A stretch of 34,206 nt of DNA from NCBI GenBank assembly GCA_004431415.1, contig QPMI01000374.1, positions 1 through 34,206 of the forward strand, given 5' to 3'. The stretch's first letter is position 1; every line of letters begins with the position of its first letter. The position numbers and the translations under genes were made by a program. The stretch comes from Cyanophora paradoxa CCMP329 (Eukaryota; Plantae; Glaucophyta). The notes under the pieces were generated by a model, which did no database searches, was not told the DNA's origin, and worked only from the letters and a program-made list of their open reading frames with translations. Shown here piece after piece: positions 30,712-34,206 of this stretch.

Positions 30712-32659
30712 CTACGAGCCGGCGCGCGCGAGGCAGGCGTCGATGTGGGCGTTGAGCTGGCGGGGGCGTGAGGCGGGGGCGGGAGAGGGCGGGGGCGGGG
30801 GCAGCCGCACCTGGGCGTTGTCGGCGCTGGGGAGGAGCGCCCCGCAGATGGGGCACGTCGCCGGCGCGGCCCCCGCCCCCGTCTGCGCCACCGCCGCACG
30901 GGGCGGGACGGGTCCGACCACCGGCACGCGCGGCACCGTCGTCGGCTGCTGCTGCTGCGGGTACGGGTACACGCGAGGCACGACATGCTGCTGGAAGCCG
31001 TACCCCGCCGTCGCCGGGTAGCCCGCCATCGCCGGGTACCCCGCCGTCGTCGGGTAGCCCGCTGCCGCCGGGTAGCCCGCAGCCGACACGGGGTAGCCTG
31101 CCCCTGCTGGGTAGCCCGTGGTCGCCTGGTAGCCGGCCTGGTGCTGCGGGCCCGGCAGCATCTGTACCCCGTACTGGGGTCCGGGGAACGCTTGAGCGGG
31201 GTGCTGGTGTGCGGCGTGCGCCGCCGCGTACACCTGCGGGGGCGCGGGGCCGTACCCCTGCGCGTACCCCGAGGGGCCGGCGGGGGCGTTGCCCGCGAAG
31301 GGCGCCGCGGCGAGCCGCAGCCGCGTCGAGGCGGCACCGGCGCCGGCGGCGGGGACGGGTGCGGCTGGTGGCGGCGCGGCAAGCGGCTGCGCGGCCTTTG
31401 CGGGGCGGTGGGCCGTGCGGCTGGCGGCCCTGCGCGACGCTCGCTGGCCCCGCGGCGCCGCCGGCCCTCCCGCTGGCCCCCGCAGCGGGAGGCGCTGCTG
31501 CGGCCGACGGCGCCGGGGCAAGTTGCGGGACGGCGGGGGCGGGGGCGGGGGCGGGGCGGGGGCGGGGCGGGGGCGGGGCGGGGGCGGGGCGGGGCGGGGG
31601 CGGGGGCGGATGCGGGGCAGGGCGGGGCCGGGGGCGGGGGCGGGGGCGTCGGGGGCGAAGCGGCTTGGGAAGCGGAGCCGGGGCGGGCGGGCGGGGCGGG
31701 GTCGGAGAGGAGGAGCTGGACGAGTTCGCAGTCGGCGACGTGCTTCTCCACCGCTGCCGCCGAGAGCCCCGCCAGCGACTCCCCGCACAGCTCGCACGCC
31801 CCCGCACTGGCACTTGCCGGCCCCGCCGCTGCTGCCGCCGTCGCTGCTGCCGCCAATGCGGGCGCTGCCGGCGCTGCGGTAGAGGGTGCGCCGCCAGGTA
31901 CCGCCGCAGCCGCCGCCGTCTGTGGGCGCTGGGCAGGCGGCGCGGTGGGGGCCACTGCTCCCGCCGCCGCAGATGCTTCCGGGGCCGCTGCCGCGCTTGC
32001 TGCGGGAGGCGGGAAGCCCGGCGGAGGCGCCACGAGGGCCGGCGAGGGCGCCTGGCTGGGAGACGGGGCGCGCGGGGCGGCTCTTGCTGCGGTTGGCGGC
32101 CGGCTCGGCGCGGGCGGAGCCGCTCCAGCGAACCCCGGCGGAGGCGGAACGGCGACCACGGACGCGGATGGAAGGCCCTGCGCGCCGCCTGTCGCCGCTG
32201 CGGGGGCAATGGCAGAGGAGGGGGCGGAGGCGGGGATCGGGGCAGTCCGCGCGGCCACAGCAGAGGACGTGGAGGAGGATGCAGCGTGGGCCGGCGCGGC
32301 TGAGGCCGGCGCGGGGGAGGCAATGGGTGCGGCGGGGGCGGGCGCCGGAGAAGAGGCGAGAGGGAGGCGGGGCGAGGTGCTCGGGCCGCGCGCAGCGACG
32401 GCCCTGGCGAGCTCGACGGCCTGCGACGCGTCAGGGGCGGGGCGGGGCGGGGGCGGGGGCGGGACCTTCTGCGCGTGGGGACCTTCGCGAGCTGCCTGCG
32501 GGGGCGTCAGGCGGCGGGAGGCTCGCGCCGGGGCGCGCCGCACGGGGCGAGCGGGAGGAGTTCGCGTGCGATCGAGCCGGCCGCCGCCGCGTCGCCGCAC
32601 TTCAGCAGCTGCGGCGCGTCAGGGCGGCGGGGCAGGCGGGGCGGGCGGGGAGGCGGGAA

Positions 32660-32697
<38 letters not shown>

Positions 32698-34206
32698 TTC
32701 TCGAGGAGCGGGGCGGCGCGCGGGGAGAGGGCGAGGCGGAGGAGGGAGCCGTGGAGGGCGGCGGCGAGGGGCCGCAGCACGGGCCGCTCCTTCACCGCCA
32801 CCAGCGCCTGCAGCTGCGCTCGCCTCGGCCACCGCCGCGCGGAGCGGGGCGGGGCGGGGCACGAGGGGGCGCCGTGGGGGTCGGCGGCGAGGGCGGGGGC
32901 GGCGGGCCAGAGCTCCGCGAGGAGCGCCTCGCGCTGCCGCTCCGCGAGCTCCCCTCCTGCCCCGCCTCCAGCAGCGCCAGCAGCGTGTGCGCCCCGTGCT
33001 GCGCGCCCCTCGCACCCCGAGGCGCGCGCGGGGCGGGGCCGGCGGGGCGGGCGGGGGGCGCGCCTTCGAGGCGGCGAGGGTGGGGACGCGGCCGCGCGCC
33101 TCGGCGTACATGAACGCCTTCTTCTCCGGCACGAACGAGCGCGCCGCGTGCTGCCCGCCTCCGCCTCGGCGCGGCGCGGCGGGCGGGGGCGGGCGGGTGC
33201 GGGCGGGGGCGGGCGGGCCTGGAGGAGGTGGGCGGCGTGGGGGTCGTCGAAGAGGGCGGGGCAGCACTTGCGGAGGCCGGCGAGGAAGGCGTCCACCTGC
33301 TTCTCCGACCGCAGGTGGTCCGCCACCCGGCACAGGCACGGGCTCCCGAACCGGCGTCCCCGCCTGTCAAGGCCAGCGCGCGAGCGCGCGCCGGCGGGGG
33401 GCGCGGGGCGGGGCGGGGCGGGAGGATATTGGAGGCGATCTCGGGGAAGCGGGCTGTGAAGCGGGCGAGCAGGACGAGGCCCTGCGCGCCCCGTCGCCGG
33501 CGCCCCGCGCCGCGCCGCGCCAGCCGCGCGCACGCTCTTCTCGTCCAGCTCCTTGAAGAGCTTCCACACCAGGTAGTTCGCGAACTGATCTGCGCCGGCA
33601 TCAGCCGCCCCCGCCGCCGCCGCGGGGCGGGGCGGGGTGGGGCGGGCCCATGGCGAGCTCCTCGATGGCGGGGAGGAGGTCGAGGCAGAGGGCGGAGGCG
33701 ACGCGCGCGTCCGGCGACTCCTCCACGAACGCCTGCAGCGAGAGGGAGCCCTCCCGGTTCTTCGCCATCCCCGCCAGCCGGCCCCGGTTCTCCCCGATGA
33801 ACGCCAGCCGCTCTGCGGCCCCCGCCCCGCCTCACCCACCCGCCGGCCGGCTCGGCGCCTCCGGGCGGCGCACCCTGCACGGTGACGGCGGCGCGGCAGG
33901 TGCGCGGGGCGCGCGCCCCGGCGCGCGAGGCGCCCGAGGGCGCATCGGGGCCCTCGTCCCGCCGCACGAGGCCCGATGCCGGCAGAAGCGCCTTCAGCGG
34001 CACCGCCCGCGCGTTCGCGGTGGCTGCCCCGCCAGTCGCCGGCCTGCTGCCGGCCGCAGAGCCGCTGGCGGCCGTCGGCCGCACCCAGAACTCGGCCCGC
34101 TCAAGGTACCGGGTCACCGTCTGCCGGCTGCCGCACGCTCAGGGCCGGCAGCGCAGGCACCACACCACGGGCGGCGGCGCACCAGCACGGGCATCGGGTG
34201 CCCTGC
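30712..34206 (-). CDS. 3' part of a gene encoding divergent Pumilio (PUF)-like repeats, an Ala/Pro linker, GYP repeats and two UBZ-like C2HC zinc fingers
   Basis: MAKNREGSLSLQ; ELAMDQFANYLVWKL; IASNRFGSPCL; LFDDPHAAHLLQ; CELCGE..VEKHVADC; CPICGA..LNAHIDACL*. Confidence 0.65.
31000..31135 (-). repeat. Coding repeat, ~7 x (A/T)GYP(A/x)
   Basis: AGYQATTGYPAGAGYPVSAAGYPAAAGYPTTAGYPAMAGYPATAGYG. Confidence 0.8.

Noticed and set aside
30129-33556. Very long Pro/Arg/Gly/Ala-rich ORFs on both strands, here and throughout the window
   Set aside because: Stop codons are scarce in very GC-rich DNA and the ORFs read through introns. Real proteins appear only after splicing.

Overview
GC-rich, gene-dense eukaryotic DNA, most likely from a flagellated protist or alga. 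A glaucophyte such as Cyanophora would fit, but this cannot be verified here. Most long ORFs in the six-frame track are GC artefacts. Splicing by hand gives about 13 intron-rich genes: a partial GATase-like protein, INO80C/Ies6, an IPT/TIG + GT25 glycosyltransferase, a CatSper3-like channel, HspBP1/Fes1, dCMP deaminase, WDR31, RAD9, an EF-hand-like protein, ADPRM, an STPG/SHIPPO-repeat protein, a bacterial-type RfbH/ColD-like PLP sugar dehydratase and a partial PUF + UBZ protein. Four pairs are tightly head-to-head. Two copies of a ~1.85 kb AT-rich element lie at 20208-22068 and 22160-23993. The most striking signal is mutational. The two copies differ repeatedly by 6-bp indels of the form XYZ -> XYZ.revcomp(XYZ).XYZ, and the same 9-mer pattern is dense across the intergenic DNA. 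This suggests a pervasive hairpin-footprint or fold-back process. The introns are also unusual: about 30% have GC donors, the donor consensus is G(T/C)SCGC, and GGGGC/CCCCG repeats replace the polypyrimidine tract. All gene models are manual. Homopolymer errors cause some frameshifts, and no database searches were run.
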